A stretch of 64,000 nt of DNA from a bacterium (GTDB lineage: Bacteria; Synergistota; GBS-1), in NCBI GenBank assembly GCA_030153785.1, contig JASKLF010000006.1:64001-128000 (forward strand), read 5' to 3'. Positions 42,561 through 52,117 of this stretch are shown here, one piece after another. Position 1 is the stretch's first letter. Every line of letters starts with the position of its first letter. The notes beneath the pieces are model-generated. The model saw only the letters and a program-made list of their open reading frames with translations, searched no databases and was not told the origin of the DNA. The position numbers and the translations under genes were made by a program.

Positions 42561-42958
42561 ATACTGCCCTCCCTTCTCAGAACCGATAAAAACTCCTCCG
42601 GCACCTTAACCATTTTACCATCTTTATTAACAAAACAGTGTTTTGTTCTACCCAAAGCTATAAGCTTACCATCACGCTCTACCCTGTAAAAAAAACTTAC
42701 CGAATAATCCTTAACCTCTTCTACTTTAACTTTAATCGTGATGAGATCATCATAAAATGCTGGTGACTTATACCTACACCAAGACTCCACAGCTGGCATA
42801 AATATGCCTCTTTTTTCAAGTTCCGAATAAGGAAAACCCAGAGCTCTACAGAATTCCGTCCTACCAACTTCAAACCAATCTAAATATCTTCCATAATAGA
42901 CTATCCCCATCTTATCCGTTTCCCCATAACGAACTCGCAAGCTTATCTCCACTTCCAT
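42557..42958 (-). CDS. Acyl-CoA thioesterase (YbgC/4HBT family)
   Basis: RVRYGETDKMGIVYYGRYLDWFEVGR, YKSPAFYDD. Confidence 0.9.
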   Translation of the reverse strand: MEVEISLRVRYGETDKMGIVYYGRYLDWFEVGRTEFCRALGFPYSELEKRGIFMPAVESWCRYKSPAFYDDLITIKVKVEEVKDYSVSFFYRVERDGKLIALGRTKHCFVNKDGKMVKVPEEFLSVLRREGSI

Positions 42959-42979
42959 TTAATACCCCTCCTAAAAATA

Positions 42980-43261
42980 AGCCGTGGCCGTGCACCCACC
43001 TTCGATCAACTTCCCCAAGACGTCCTTCAAGCCTTCAGCTCCGGCCAAGCACCCCCGTGGCACCCAGAGACTACCGCTTACCGTTGCTCCCTTCCGGGCC
43101 TGGCGGGGTTCACGGATCTCTGCCGCACGGGACCCAACCCTCAACGCCTCCAGCTTGAAGCTGCTCTTAAGGAAGGTGACCTCTTGGCGGGAATTCAACC
43201 CCGCTTTAGCGGATTGCGGGTTCAGGGCACCGCTACCTCCCCATCTAGCACGACCACGGCT
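42980..43261 (-). ncRNA. ffs: Signal recognition particle RNA, long (Alu-domain) type
   Basis: Helix-8 CAGGCCCGGAAGGGAGCAAC; 5' GGGGAGGTAGCGGTGCCCTG..CCGCAATCCGCT..AGCGG Alu-like part; paired ends GCCGTGGTCGTGC / GCACGGCCACGGC. Confidence 0.92.
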
Positions 43262-43278
43262 TTTCCTCAATAAATATA

Positions 43279-43370
43279 TGGCGGAGAGGGAGGGATTTGA
43301 ACCCCCGGGGCGGGATCAACCGCCCACTCGCTCTCCAGGCGAGCGCCTTCGACCGCTCAGCCACCTCTCC
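43279..43370 (-). tRNA. tRNA-Ser(GGA)
   Basis: Anticodon arm CTCGC-CTGGAGA-GCGAG, long variable arm, GTTCAAATC, GCCA end. Confidence 0.95.
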
Positions 43371-43387
43371 GCACGCTCTACCCCTAC

Positions 43388-43481
43388 TGGCGGAGAGAGC
43401 GAGATTCGAACTCGCGAGGCGGCTCTAACACCGCCTACTCGATTTCGAATCGAGCGCCTTCGACCGCTCGGCCATCTCTCC
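43388..43481 (-). tRNA. tRNA-Ser(CGA)
   Basis: CTCGA-TTCGAAA-TCGAG, long variable arm, GTTCGAATC, GCCA end. Confidence 0.95.
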
Positions 43482-43483
43482 GC

Positions 43484-43954
43484 CTATTTTCTCTTTTTAG
43501 CAAAGAAAGACCGCAACAATTCGCGGCTCTCTTCCGCCAAAACCCCTCCCTTTACCTCCACAAAATGGTTCAAGCTCTCATGTTGCAATACATTCATAAC
43601 ACTTCCTGCTGCACCAGCACGAGGATCAGCCAATCCATAAACAAGCCGCTTAACTCTGGCTTGAACCATCGCCCCCGCACACATAGGACAAGGTTCAAGC
43701 GTTACATATATAACAAGCTCCGTTAACCGCCACGTGCCAAGCTTAGAAGATGCTTCTTTTATGACAAAAATCTCCGCATGCGCCAAAGGATCTTGTAACT
43801 GCTCTCTCCTATTGTGAGCACGAGCAATTATCTCATCTCCTATTACGCCTACTGCTCCAACCGGAACTTCATCCTCGTCCGCTGCTTTTCTGGCTTCTTC
43901 AAGAGCAACTCTCATAAAAAGCTCATCTTTATCTATTAGATCTATTATCTCCAT
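43484..43954 (-). CDS. tadA: tRNA adenosine(34) deaminase
   Basis: EVPVGAV, AHAE, TLEPCPMCAGA, LNH, FF...R. Confidence 0.95.
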   Translation of the reverse strand: MEIIDLIDKDELFMRVALEEARKAADEDEVPVGAVGVIGDEIIARAHNRREQLQDPLAHAEIFVIKEASSKLGTWRLTELVIYVTLEPCPMCAGAMVQARVKRLVYGLADPRAGAAGSVMNVLQHESLNHFVEVKGGVLAEESRELLRSFFAKKRK

Positions 43955-43977
43955 CCTTACCTACTTTCCAATTTAAA

Positions 43978-44054
43978 TGGCGCGCCCGAGAGGACTTGAA
44001 CCCCCAACCCGTGGATCCGTAGTCCACTGCTCTATCCAGTTGAGCTACGGGCGC
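43978..44054 (-). tRNA. tRNA-Arg(ACG)
   Basis: GCGCCCGTAGCTCAACTGGATAGAGC, GTGGA-CTACGGA-TCCAC, GCCA end. Confidence 0.96.
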
Positions 44055-44064
44055 GCTTAATAAA

Positions 44065-44154
44065 TGGCGGTGAGGGAGGGATTCGAACCCTCGAGAGGGG
44101 CTACCTCTACTCGCTTAGCAGGCGAGCGCCTTCGACCTGCTCGGCCACCTCACC
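44065..44154 (-). tRNA. tRNA-Ser(GCT)
   Basis: CTCGC-CTGCTAA-GCGAG, long variable arm, GTTCGAATC, GCCA end. Confidence 0.95.
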
Positions 44155-44173
44155 CCTTTAATCACTCGTAAAA

Positions 44174-44202
44174 ATTTTAACAAGCCATAAGAAGATTGTC
44201 AA
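44174..44202 (-). promoter_or_regulatory. Strong sigma70 promoter of the tRNA-tadA-ffs operon
   Basis: TTGACA-N17-TAAAAT with TG extension. Confidence 0.8.
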
Positions 44203-44316
44203 GGCATAAAGAGACTCCATCGAAATTAAGAGATGATACCTAAAAAGACTTGTTTTATAGACAAAATATGCGATAATCTTGATAAGGGACAAAAGCGAGA
44301 GGGGAGGAGAGAAGAG

Positions 44317-45276
44317 GTGAAAATTCTGGTAGTAGATGACAGTAAGCTTATCAGAACCCTACTCAGAGATATTTTAACAAAAGAGCTGAAGTGCGAAGTT
44401 GATGAAGCTATAGATGGAAAAGAGGCAAGAATCAAAATCGAAGATAACACTTACGATCTTATAATCTTGGACATCTTCCTTCCAGACATCTTAGGAATAA
44501 ACTTAATAGACTATTTTACAAGCTTAAAGAAGGATTGGACTCCGATAATAATTATCACTTCTGCCGAAAGCAAGGAATTCCTCAAAGAGGCACTTGAAAG
44601 AGGAGCTACCGATTACATAAAGAAGCCCTTCGACGAAATAGAAATAACTGCAAGAGTTAAAGCGGCTTTAAGAACGAAATGCTTATATAACGAGTTAAAG
44701 AGAGCAAACGAAAGGCTACAAGAAATGGCAATGATGGATGAACTGACGAGAGTTTATAATAGAAGGTATATAATGGCAATCTTAGAAACGGAATTTAAAA
44801 GATGCAAAAGGTACAAATCCCCCCTCTCGATAATAATAGGCGATATAGATCATTTCAAAAACATAAATGATACCTATGGACATTTAGTGGGAGACGAAGT
44901 CCTAAGGGCATGTGCAAGGCTGATTTTAGAAAACATAAGAGAAATAGATATAGCCGGAAGATACGGAGGAGAGGAATTCCTAATAATACTGCCGAGCACT
45001 ACCTTAGACGGTGCTGTTATCGTAGCTGAAAGGTTAAGAAATAAGATAAAAGATACTCCCCTTGAAGTCTCAGATAAATTTCCTCCGATAAGCATAAATA
45101 TGAGCTTCGGGATCTGCTCGTATCCAGAAAAAAATGTGGAAACGGAAAGGGATATGCTAAAATTAGCAGATGAGGCCCTCTACATATCAAAACAAAGGGG
45201 GAGAAACCAAACCACATTCTATATTAATGGCAGATTCGTGAGCTTGCCTCAGGAGGTAGTAAAAAGTGAAGCTTAA
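44317..45276 (+). CDS. Response regulator-diguanylate cyclase (REC-GGDEF); start probably GTG 44317
   Basis: ILVVDDS, DLIILD, DYIKKPF; DIDHFKNINDTYGH, I-site REID, RYGGEEF. Confidence 0.92.
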   Translation: MKILVVDDSKLIRTLLRDILTKELKCEVDEAIDGKEARIKIEDNTYDLIILDIFLPDILGINLIDYFTSLKKDWTPIIIITSAESKEFLKEALERGATDYIKKPFDEIEITARVKAALRTKCLYNELKRANERLQEMAMMDELTRVYNRRYIMAILETEFKRCKRYKSPLSIIIGDIDHFKNINDTYGHLVGDEVLRACARLILENIREIDIAGRYGGEEFLIILPSTTLDGAVIVAERLRNKIKDTPLEVSDKFPPISINMSFGICSYPEKNVETERDMLKLADEALYISKQRGRNQTTFYINGRFVSLPQEVVKSEA

Positions 45277-46039
45277 AGAAGGAGACCTGGTCTTGCTGTT
45301 CACTAAATCGGGAACTTCTTTCTTAACCAGGATTTCGAAAAGAACGATATCCACTCACCTTGGAGAGTTGAATCTCGAAGATGCCTTAGAAAAGGAATAT
45401 GGAGACTATATAGAAACACATAAAGGAGAAAAGCTATTCCTTATAAAACCCCCTATAGGAGAGTTCGTAAGAAGACTTAAAAGGCAAACTCAAATTATCT
45501 TTCCAAAGGAAGCTGGCTACATTCTTATGTATTTGGATATATTTCCCGGAGCAAAAGTCATAGAATGTGGAACAGGTAGTGGCTCTTTAACTACGATATT
45601 AGCCCAATTTGTTGGGGAAGGTGGAAAGGTTTACTCTTACGAAAGAAGAAAGGAGTTTGCAAATTTAGCGGAAGAAAACCTTAAAAAGTGGGGCGTATCA
45701 GACAGGGTTGAAATAAAGGTAAAGGATATTGAAGAGGGGTTCGACGAAGAAGGCGTCGATGCAGTATTTTTAGATCTTCCAACCCCATGGGACTACATAA
45801 AACAGGTTAAAAGGGCTTTACTTCCTGGCAGACACTTCGGAGCTATTTGCCCCACATTCAATCAAGTAGAAAAACTAGTTGGAACTCTAATAAACGAAAG
45901 TTTTATCTGGATAAGGGTTTTAGAGCTTCTCATGAGAGAAATACGACCATCGCCTGGGAAAATAAGACCCGAGGATACCATGATAGCTCATACGGGTTTT
46001 CTTGTTTTCGCCACCCTTGTTAAAGACAATGAAGGATAA
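45266..46039 (+). CDS. trmI: tRNA (adenine-N1) methyltransferase
   Basis: RQTQIIFPKE, ECGTGSGSLT, FLDLPTPW, RPEDTMIAHTGFL. Confidence 0.93.
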   Translation: MKLKEGDLVLLFTKSGTSFLTRISKRTISTHLGELNLEDALEKEYGDYIETHKGEKLFLIKPPIGEFVRRLKRQTQIIFPKEAGYILMYLDIFPGAKVIECGTGSGSLTTILAQFVGEGGKVYSYERRKEFANLAEENLKKWGVSDRVEIKVKDIEEGFDEEGVDAVFLDLPTPWDYIKQVKRALLPGRHFGAICPTFNQVEKLVGTLINESFIWIRVLELLMREIRPSPGKIRPEDTMIAHTGFLVFATLVKDNEG

Positions 46040-46574
46040 AATCCTTCTCCACATATGTTGTGCACCCGATGCAACTTATCCATTTTTGGATCTCTCGAAG
46101 AAATACGAAGTTATCGGCTACTTTTACGGTTCCAACATTCATCCTGAGGAGGAATACATAAAGAGGTTGGAAGCACTCAAAAAACTTGCTAATGCTTGGA
46201 ACTTTAAGGTTATCATCGAGGAATATAACCCCAAGGATTGGTTCAACGCCATAAAAGGCTTTGAAGGAGAACCGGAAGGCGGAAAAAGGTGTCAGCTATG
46301 CTTTTACATCCAACTTAAAAAATCGGCACAAAAAGCATTAGAAGAAAATATTAAGTCATTTACTACCACGTTAACTATAAGTCCACATAAGAACGTAAGA
46401 CTTATCAATGAACTCGGTCAGAAAATTGCTGAAGAGCTAAAAATTGTTTTCTTAGAAAAGATCTTTAGGAAAAACGACGGGTTTAAAAAGAGCGTAGAAT
46501 TGAGCAAAAAGCTTGGCCTCTATAGGCAATCTTATTGCGGATGCATCTTTAGCCTGAGAAGGGAGGAAATATAA
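46029..46574 (+). CDS. queH: Epoxyqueuosine reductase (start ATG 46029)
   Basis: LLHICCAPD, NIHP.EEY..R, EGGKRC..C, SPHK, YRQSYCGC.FS. Confidence 0.93.
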   Translation: MKDKILLHICCAPDATYPFLDLSKKYEVIGYFYGSNIHPEEEYIKRLEALKKLANAWNFKVIIEEYNPKDWFNAIKGFEGEPEGGKRCQLCFYIQLKKSAQKALEENIKSFTTTLTISPHKNVRLINELGQKIAEELKIVFLEKIFRKNDGFKKSVELSKKLGLYRQSYCGCIFSLRREEI

Positions 46575-47531
46575 ATGGAGCTGGGCAAGCTTTCCCCAAA
46601 GCTCATGGAAAAACTCGTTTTTCCTTATCTCGGTATACATAACCCTCGTTTAGAACTTGGCCCCGCAATTGGAGAAGACGCCGCTGTTATAAACGTCGAG
46701 GGAGAAAGATATCTTGTAGTATCTTCAGACCCAATAGTAGGGGCCGATGAAGAAGCAGGCTTTTACTTGGTCCACATAAACGCAAATGATGTGGCCTCAA
46801 AAGGAGGAGACCCGTCCTTCTTAATAACTACCATTATCCTTCCAGAAAGCTGGGACGAAAGCGCCCTGGAAAGATTAATGAAAGAAATAGACGATGAATG
46901 TAAAAAGCTGGGAATAGCGATAGCCGGCGGACATACGGAAATAACTCGCAAATTCAAACACCCCATTCTTGTCGGAACAATGTTTGGCTTTACTCCAAAG
47001 CTTATGAAAGCCGAAAACATACGCCCTGGAGACAAAATAATCTTAACCAAAGGGGCAGGTATAGAAGGGACTTCGATATTGGTTAGAGCCTTTTGGAAAG
47101 AGCTTTCTAAAGTCTTCAGTGAAAAAGAGCTTAATGAAGCTTTAGCACTTAAGGAACAAATTTCCATAGTTCCGGAAGCTAAGATATTGAGAAGATGGGC
47201 AGTCTTTATGCACGACCCCACAGAAGGAGGAATTTTAGGTGGGCTTTGTGAATTAAAACTAAGGAGCAATCTCGATGTAAACTTAGAATTTGAAGAAATC
47301 CCTGTACTTCCTATAGTTCAAAAAATTTGTAACTACTTTAAGATAGACCCTCTAAAGCTTATAGGTTCTGGCGCACTTCTGGCGGTGGTACCCGAACACA
47401 GCGTTGAGGATGCATTAGGAGCCCTTTCAAATTACGGAATAGAATCGAAAGTAATCGGCACGTTTACAGAGGAGGCAGGGAATCTCCCTTACTCTGAAGG
47501 AGATGAGCTGTGGAAACTTTTGAGCTGGTGA
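46575..47531 (+). CDS. AIR synthase/HypE/ThiL-superfamily protein of unknown function
   Basis: GKL, GEDAA, SSDPI, NANDVA, GGHTE, MHDPTEGG, LIGSG; lacks the HypE PRIC tail. Confidence 0.8.
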   Translation: MELGKLSPKLMEKLVFPYLGIHNPRLELGPAIGEDAAVINVEGERYLVVSSDPIVGADEEAGFYLVHINANDVASKGGDPSFLITTIILPESWDESALERLMKEIDDECKKLGIAIAGGHTEITRKFKHPILVGTMFGFTPKLMKAENIRPGDKIILTKGAGIEGTSILVRAFWKELSKVFSEKELNEALALKEQISIVPEAKILRRWAVFMHDPTEGGILGGLCELKLRSNLDVNLEFEEIPVLPIVQKICNYFKIDPLKLIGSGALLAVVPEHSVEDALGALSNYGIESKVIGTFTEEAGNLPYSEGDELWKLLSW

Positions 47532-48013
47532 AGTAAAGAATCTCTATTCTCCAAAGTAACCTCTATTATTCTCACATCCTTTCTTCTCTTTATAACGTCA
47601 ACCACAGGGTGTCTTATTTTGCCCATGGTTGCTAAAACTCTGGATAAATCAAGAGCTTTAAAAAGAACCTCTACAAACTTCTCAGAATAAAGTTCCATCT
47701 TGCCTATCTCATCTATAACTATAAGAGGGGACCCCACATGGATCCCCTCCTCAATTTCCTTAACTGCTGTCTCCTCAAAAGCTTTTAAATCGACCCCATA
47801 TTTCCCCACCCTATACATAGAGGATATCCTCTCATGTGCCAATATTATTTCTTTCCCGGAAAAAGTAATAAGCCTGAACCCCCTCCTTCTACCCTTCTCC
47901 CTTATCTCTTCCGTGATAAATCCTCTAGCTTCTTTTATATTCTCTACAAGCCTTCTAATCAATGTCGTTTTACCAATGCCGGGTACTCCCGTAAGAATAA
48001 GATGTTTCATCAC
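47489..48013 (-). CDS. NTPase (THEP1/NTPase_1 family)
   Basis: TGVPGIGKTT, GF.TEEIRE.G.R.GF, VGKYGV, IDEIGKME. Confidence 0.9.
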   Translation of the reverse strand: MMKHLILTGVPGIGKTTLIRRLVENIKEARGFITEEIREKGRRRGFRLITFSGKEIILAHERISSMYRVGKYGVDLKAFEETAVKEIEEGIHVGSPLIVIDEIGKMELYSEKFVEVLFKALDLSRVLATMGKIRHPVVDVIKRRKDVRIIEVTLENRDSLLHQLKSFHSSSPSE

Positions 48014-49041
48014 ATACTAGTTATTTTACGTGAAAGAGAAATTAAATCAGAAAAGAGAGCATATCCAGCTTCCCTTCCTCCCGCGCCTCTACCCACTATG
48101 GTAACGTCTCCTATAGTATCTGTTGAAAAGGTTATGGCATTTAGCGTTCCCAAAATATTAGCCAACGGATCGCTCAAAGGAACCTCTTCAGGAGCAACTC
48201 GAACCTTTACTACACCGTTTTCCTTATAGCCAGTGGCTATTAACTTATACCTTTTTCCATTAGAGAGTGCTGCCCTTAAATCCTCAACCTTAAGGCCCGT
48301 TATACCTTTACATTCCATATCGTTAAACCCTAAGCTTGCTCCCATTATCACATTTGCTAATATTAAAGCCTTTGCTCCGGCATCTAATCCTTCAATATCC
48401 ATTGTAGGATCAGCTTCAGCATATCCTAAGCGTTGTGCTTCTTTGAGAGCCTCCTCAAAGGAAAGCCCTTCTTCCATCTTCGTCAAGATATAGTTCGTCG
48501 TCCCATTAAGTATCCCTCTAAAGGAAACTATTTCGCTTCCTGGTAAACACTCCCTAACCAAATTAAAAACAGGCGTCCCAGAAAGAACCACTCCCTCAAA
48601 TCGGAATTCGACACCATTTGTCTCCGCAAGTCTTTGTAACTCCTTAAGATACAACAGCACAGGGCCTTTATTGGTGGTTATAACATGTCTTTTCGCAGAA
48701 AGTGCCTCCTTGATATGGGTATAGGCAGGCTCTCCCGTCTTTAGATCAGTCCAGGTTGCTTCAAGAACAACATTTGCGTTAGTTTTCGTTATTGTAGAGA
48801 TAGGATCTAAACCAGTAAGACCACCCGGGTAAGAAGATATTTCTGACTTAGAAGCAAGTTCAAGGATCTTAGAAATATTCAATCCATCAGGGTCATACGC
48901 AGATCCTCTAAGCTTATCACAAACAGCGACCACATTAATCTTTAATCCTTGAGCTTCTAACTCCTTTCTCTTTTCAAGAACTAAACTAAGAAAACCCTGT
49001 CCCACATTTCCGCAACCTATAAGAGCCACATTAACTCCCAC
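48010..49041 (-). CDS. hom: Homoserine dehydrogenase (start probably GTG 49041)
   Basis: GCGNVG, TTNKGP, GILNGTTNYIL, GYAEADPTMDIEG.DA..K, GRGAG. Confidence 0.93.
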   Translation of the reverse strand: MGVNVALIGCGNVGQGFLSLVLEKRKELEAQGLKINVVAVCDKLRGSAYDPDGLNISKILELASKSEISSYPGGLTGLDPISTITKTNANVVLEATWTDLKTGEPAYTHIKEALSAKRHVITTNKGPVLLYLKELQRLAETNGVEFRFEGVVLSGTPVFNLVRECLPGSEIVSFRGILNGTTNYILTKMEEGLSFEEALKEAQRLGYAEADPTMDIEGLDAGAKALILANVIMGASLGFNDMECKGITGLKVEDLRAALSNGKRYKLIATGYKENGVVKVRVAPEEVPLSDPLANILGTLNAITFSTDTIGDVTIVGRGAGGREAGYALFSDLISLSRKITSM

Positions 49042-49064
49042 AATATCACCCCCAAACAAATTCT

Positions 49065-50198
49065 TTACAATCCTGTTAGCCTCTCCTTCAGGAAATCATA
49101 CCAGTTTTGAGCATCGTTTACTATAGCGAAGCCTCCGTAAGTTTCTTCTTTCCCTGAAAGAGAAGATATATAAGCAGAAATCCCTCGTGAAGAAGAAAAC
49201 ACACCATCGTCAGCATGCCACTCAGAGAGAACAGCATCCTTAATAGAGCTCTTAAGGCCCTCAATGGCATTATTAGCTTCCTCCGAAAGTTTAAGATCTT
49301 TCAGCTTCTCGCAAAAATCATAAAGATCTCTGAAATTAAGAGGCTCCCCAGCGTTAATAAAATAGGATTGCGTTTGAGCTATCACACCCCAAAGAGAGAA
49401 AGAATCTTGATAATCAATAAGCTCCTTTCCTAAAGCATCCAGATAGCTCAAAAGGGTGGGTAGCTTAGCCATGGATATTAAAGAGATGGCAACATCATTC
49501 CTGTTGCTATATAACTCTTTAAAGTTGCTGATAAAGCTCTTACCTACGTCAATCGCACCCATAGAGGGATTTCCCACCAATTTTTGAAATACCTTTTCAT
49601 AATCAAAACCATCATCAGGCATGACTCCCTGAAGAGCGACGATGAAAGATACTTCATTTTTAACCTCATCGAAAAGCTCGATCTCGGCCTTTGCAGAAGA
49701 GTCTAAAACAAGCAGATCTATAGCAGAGCTGAACGAAGAAAATACCTTAAGGAGGGCATCCCACTCCACTAAACCACTCCATATATCAGGGTGATCCCTT
49801 TCCCAAAGGATTAACATATATTTTTCAGCCGAATAGTTTTCAATACACCAATTTACAAAAGAAAGCAACGTCTCTGGAGAAGTGGGAGAAGCTTGTGGTA
49901 GAGTCTCTAATAACTCCAAATTACCTTCTCCAACAAAATAGCGAACCATGCCCTCACCAGTGACGGAACACCTCTGCAACAGAATATTAACATGCTTTGA
50001 AGAACCAACCCTCCTCATCTCATAAACGTCTATTCCCGCGAGCTCTCTCGATATGGAGTTTGAATCATTCATGAAAACTATTATCGTCCACTTAGGCAAA
50101 CTTTCACCAGAATTTCCACCTCCTCCATCTCCACATCCATAGAGAGATAAAACTGCTACCCAAAAGCTTAAAAATAAAACCAAACATTTCCTCCTCAT
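49065..50198 (-). CDS. Clostripain (C11)-like lipoprotein lacking catalytic residues (start ATG 50198)
   Basis: Lipobox LYG-C; WTIIVFMN, EM..VGS, PETL.SFVNW, DLYDF; His and Cys motifs replaced. Confidence 0.7.
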   Translation of the reverse strand: MRRKCLVLFLSFWVAVLSLYGCGDGGGGNSGESLPKWTIIVFMNDSNSISRELAGIDVYEMRRVGSSKHVNILLQRCSVTGEGMVRYFVGEGNLELLETLPQASPTSPETLLSFVNWCIENYSAEKYMLILWERDHPDIWSGLVEWDALLKVFSSFSSAIDLLVLDSSAKAEIELFDEVKNEVSFIVALQGVMPDDGFDYEKVFQKLVGNPSMGAIDVGKSFISNFKELYSNRNDVAISLISMAKLPTLLSYLDALGKELIDYQDSFSLWGVIAQTQSYFINAGEPLNFRDLYDFCEKLKDLKLSEEANNAIEGLKSSIKDAVLSEWHADDGVFSSSRGISAYISSLSGKEETYGGFAIVNDAQNWYDFLKERLTGL

Positions 50199-52117
50199 CG
50201 TCTTCTCACTCCCCAGATAAATATCCAACCAAAAGGTAACAAGGAAAGGATATTCAAAGCCTTTCCCTGCCCCAGGGAACACCCTGATGAAGCCACAAAC
50301 TCACTATCATTGTCATCATCACTTCCACCTTCAGCAAGCCTAAGTCCATAGTACATGGAGGGTTCAAACCTAGCGGGAATATAAATAGTCGGGATCTGTT
50401 CATCGTTTCCCATCGAAAGGAGATATGGATACTCTCCTACAAAAGAAAAACTGTTACCATCGTAAATCTGCAGGTAGTAGCCTACTACCGAACCTGGTTT
50501 AAAAGAAAACCGCTCAAAAGGGACTTTTAGTTCTACCTCAAGAAAACCATCATCACCTATACCACCTTTAGCCACTATCTCAGGGCAATAAACCGAGTCT
50601 AGGAAACAAACCTTGTACTCCGAGTGATCATACCACATGGGATAAAAGTAAGCTACCCAACGGCTTCCATCATAGACAATCCTGAGCATTCCTTCGCTAT
50701 CGCCTCTATCAGTAGGGAAAGCAGAATTCCCATCAGAATCAATATAAAGGATTATGGAATCCCCAATACCCAAAGCGGTGTCACTATAAACCTTAACAGC
50801 TAAGTAGAGAGAATTACCATCATTTTTAAAGTAAGCTTTAAAGGGTGAGGCCTCCGAAGGTGGAATAGAAACAGCTCCGCTTATTTCCTCGTCCGTAATA
50901 GAACCATTTACATCCAAACTACCACTTTTTACATTCAAGACTTCTCGCGTTTCATCAAGATATGCCCTTATGAATTCCCCCCACCCTGTTGTAAGGGAAA
51001 AATCATGCCTGCTATCCTCATAAAACCTGTCATAGGCTCCCTTGCCTCTCTCTGGAAAATATACGCTTAATCCATGTGCATCACTCAGAAGCGAATAATT
51101 TTCGATAACAGCATTTTTTATGGCCTCACATAAAGAAAAAGCAAGCTCCGTTGAAGAACCTTTTATTCCCGCCAAGTAAGAGGCAAAAGAATAAAGATCT
51201 ATTATGGAGGGATCATAAAACTCTTGCGCCATAGCTCTCGCAACCCTTGCAAGAGAACTATCGTCTCGTAAGGCAGAGGATAGCTCCCTAAGCAAAGAGG
51301 CAACATCATCCATTCTTTTAAGGTCAATAAGGGAAAGTGTGCTTCCCTCAGTTTCCTTGTAACTTTCAATTATCATTCTACCCAAATCTATCGGTGAAAC
51401 ATCTACTCCCTCAATCAATGTAGAAATCAAGTCCTCCAGAAATAAGTCGTATCGCCACCCTTCACCAGGAACCACATCCTCAGAGGCAACCATAAAGGAA
51501 GCATAATCCTTAAGCTCATAAGCTACTTCTACCATCCCCATAAGACAAGCATCGAAACCAATCAAATCTATCTCATAACCGTTTTCTTTCAAAATCCTTA
51601 AAGCCGTTTGAACTTCGTCCATATAAAGATAATCCCCACTCGTCTCGTCATACCCTGCAACCTTCCATGGTTCATAAACCCTATTTTCATTTTCTCTCCA
51701 TCCATCACCGTGGTCCCATATTATAAGTGCATAATGCTGAGCAGGATAATTATCAACCGCCCAAGAAACGAAATCTACTAAAGCATCCGCCCTTCCCATA
51801 TTCACCTCACCGAGATTGCTAACAGCATTATCCGAATAAGGAGCCATAAGATAGGATAGAACAAAGCGCAAAGTCCCAGACCAATTATCGCAGACCCCCT
51901 CAACAGCGCCAACATATCCTGGAGACCTATCAAGCTGAACAACTACATTAACAAGATCACCGTTCAAGGGTGCCGAAACCATCTCCACAAAATCCGATAT
52001 AGCCGCTTCCTCAAGGTTATTATCACCATTCATAAAAATCATTATTGTCCAAGAAGAAGCAAAAGCTGAAGAGAAAGAAACAAATACCAAGAGAAGAACT
52101 AGAAAAGAGACCCTCAA
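50195..52117 (-). CDS. Secreted clostripain-family (C11) cysteine peptidase with C-terminal sorting tail
   Basis: Signal peptide; WTIMIFMNGDNNLE, WDHGDGW, GFDACLMG..EV, ASE..PG.GW, GLSVYFP; tail SSGCS...TM...RRR. Confidence 0.85.
   Translation of the reverse strand: MRVSFLVLLLVFVSFSSAFASSWTIMIFMNGDNNLEEAAISDFVEMVSAPLNGDLVNVVVQLDRSPGYVGAVEGVCDNWSGTLRFVLSYLMAPYSDNAVSNLGEVNMGRADALVDFVSWAVDNYPAQHYALIIWDHGDGWRENENRVYEPWKVAGYDETSGDYLYMDEVQTALRILKENGYEIDLIGFDACLMGMVEVAYELKDYASFMVASEDVVPGEGWRYDLFLEDLISTLIEGVDVSPIDLGRMIIESYKETEGSTLSLIDLKRMDDVASLLRELSSALRDDSSLARVARAMAQEFYDPSIIDLYSFASYLAGIKGSSTELAFSLCEAIKNAVIENYSLLSDAHGLSVYFPERGKGAYDRFYEDSRHDFSLTTGWGEFIRAYLDETREVLNVKSGSLDVNGSITDEEISGAVSIPPSEASPFKAYFKNDGNSLYLAVKVYSDTALGIGDSIILYIDSDGNSAFPTDRGDSEGMLRIVYDGSRWVAYFYPMWYDHSEYKVCFLDSVYCPEIVAKGGIGDDGFLEVELKVPFERFSFKPGSVVGYYLQIYDGNSFSFVGEYPYLLSMGNDEQIPTIYIPARFEPSMYYGLRLAEGGSDDDNDSEFVASSGCSLGQGKALNILSLLPFGWIFIWGVRRR

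Noticed and set aside
42971..43640. ORFs 42971..43270 (-) and 42984..43640 (+)
   Set aside because: They overlie the SRP RNA, two tRNAs and tadA; GC-rich structural RNA explains the open frames.
46575..47531. Second hypE
   Set aside because: Lacks the C-terminal PRIC cysteine required for HypE function.
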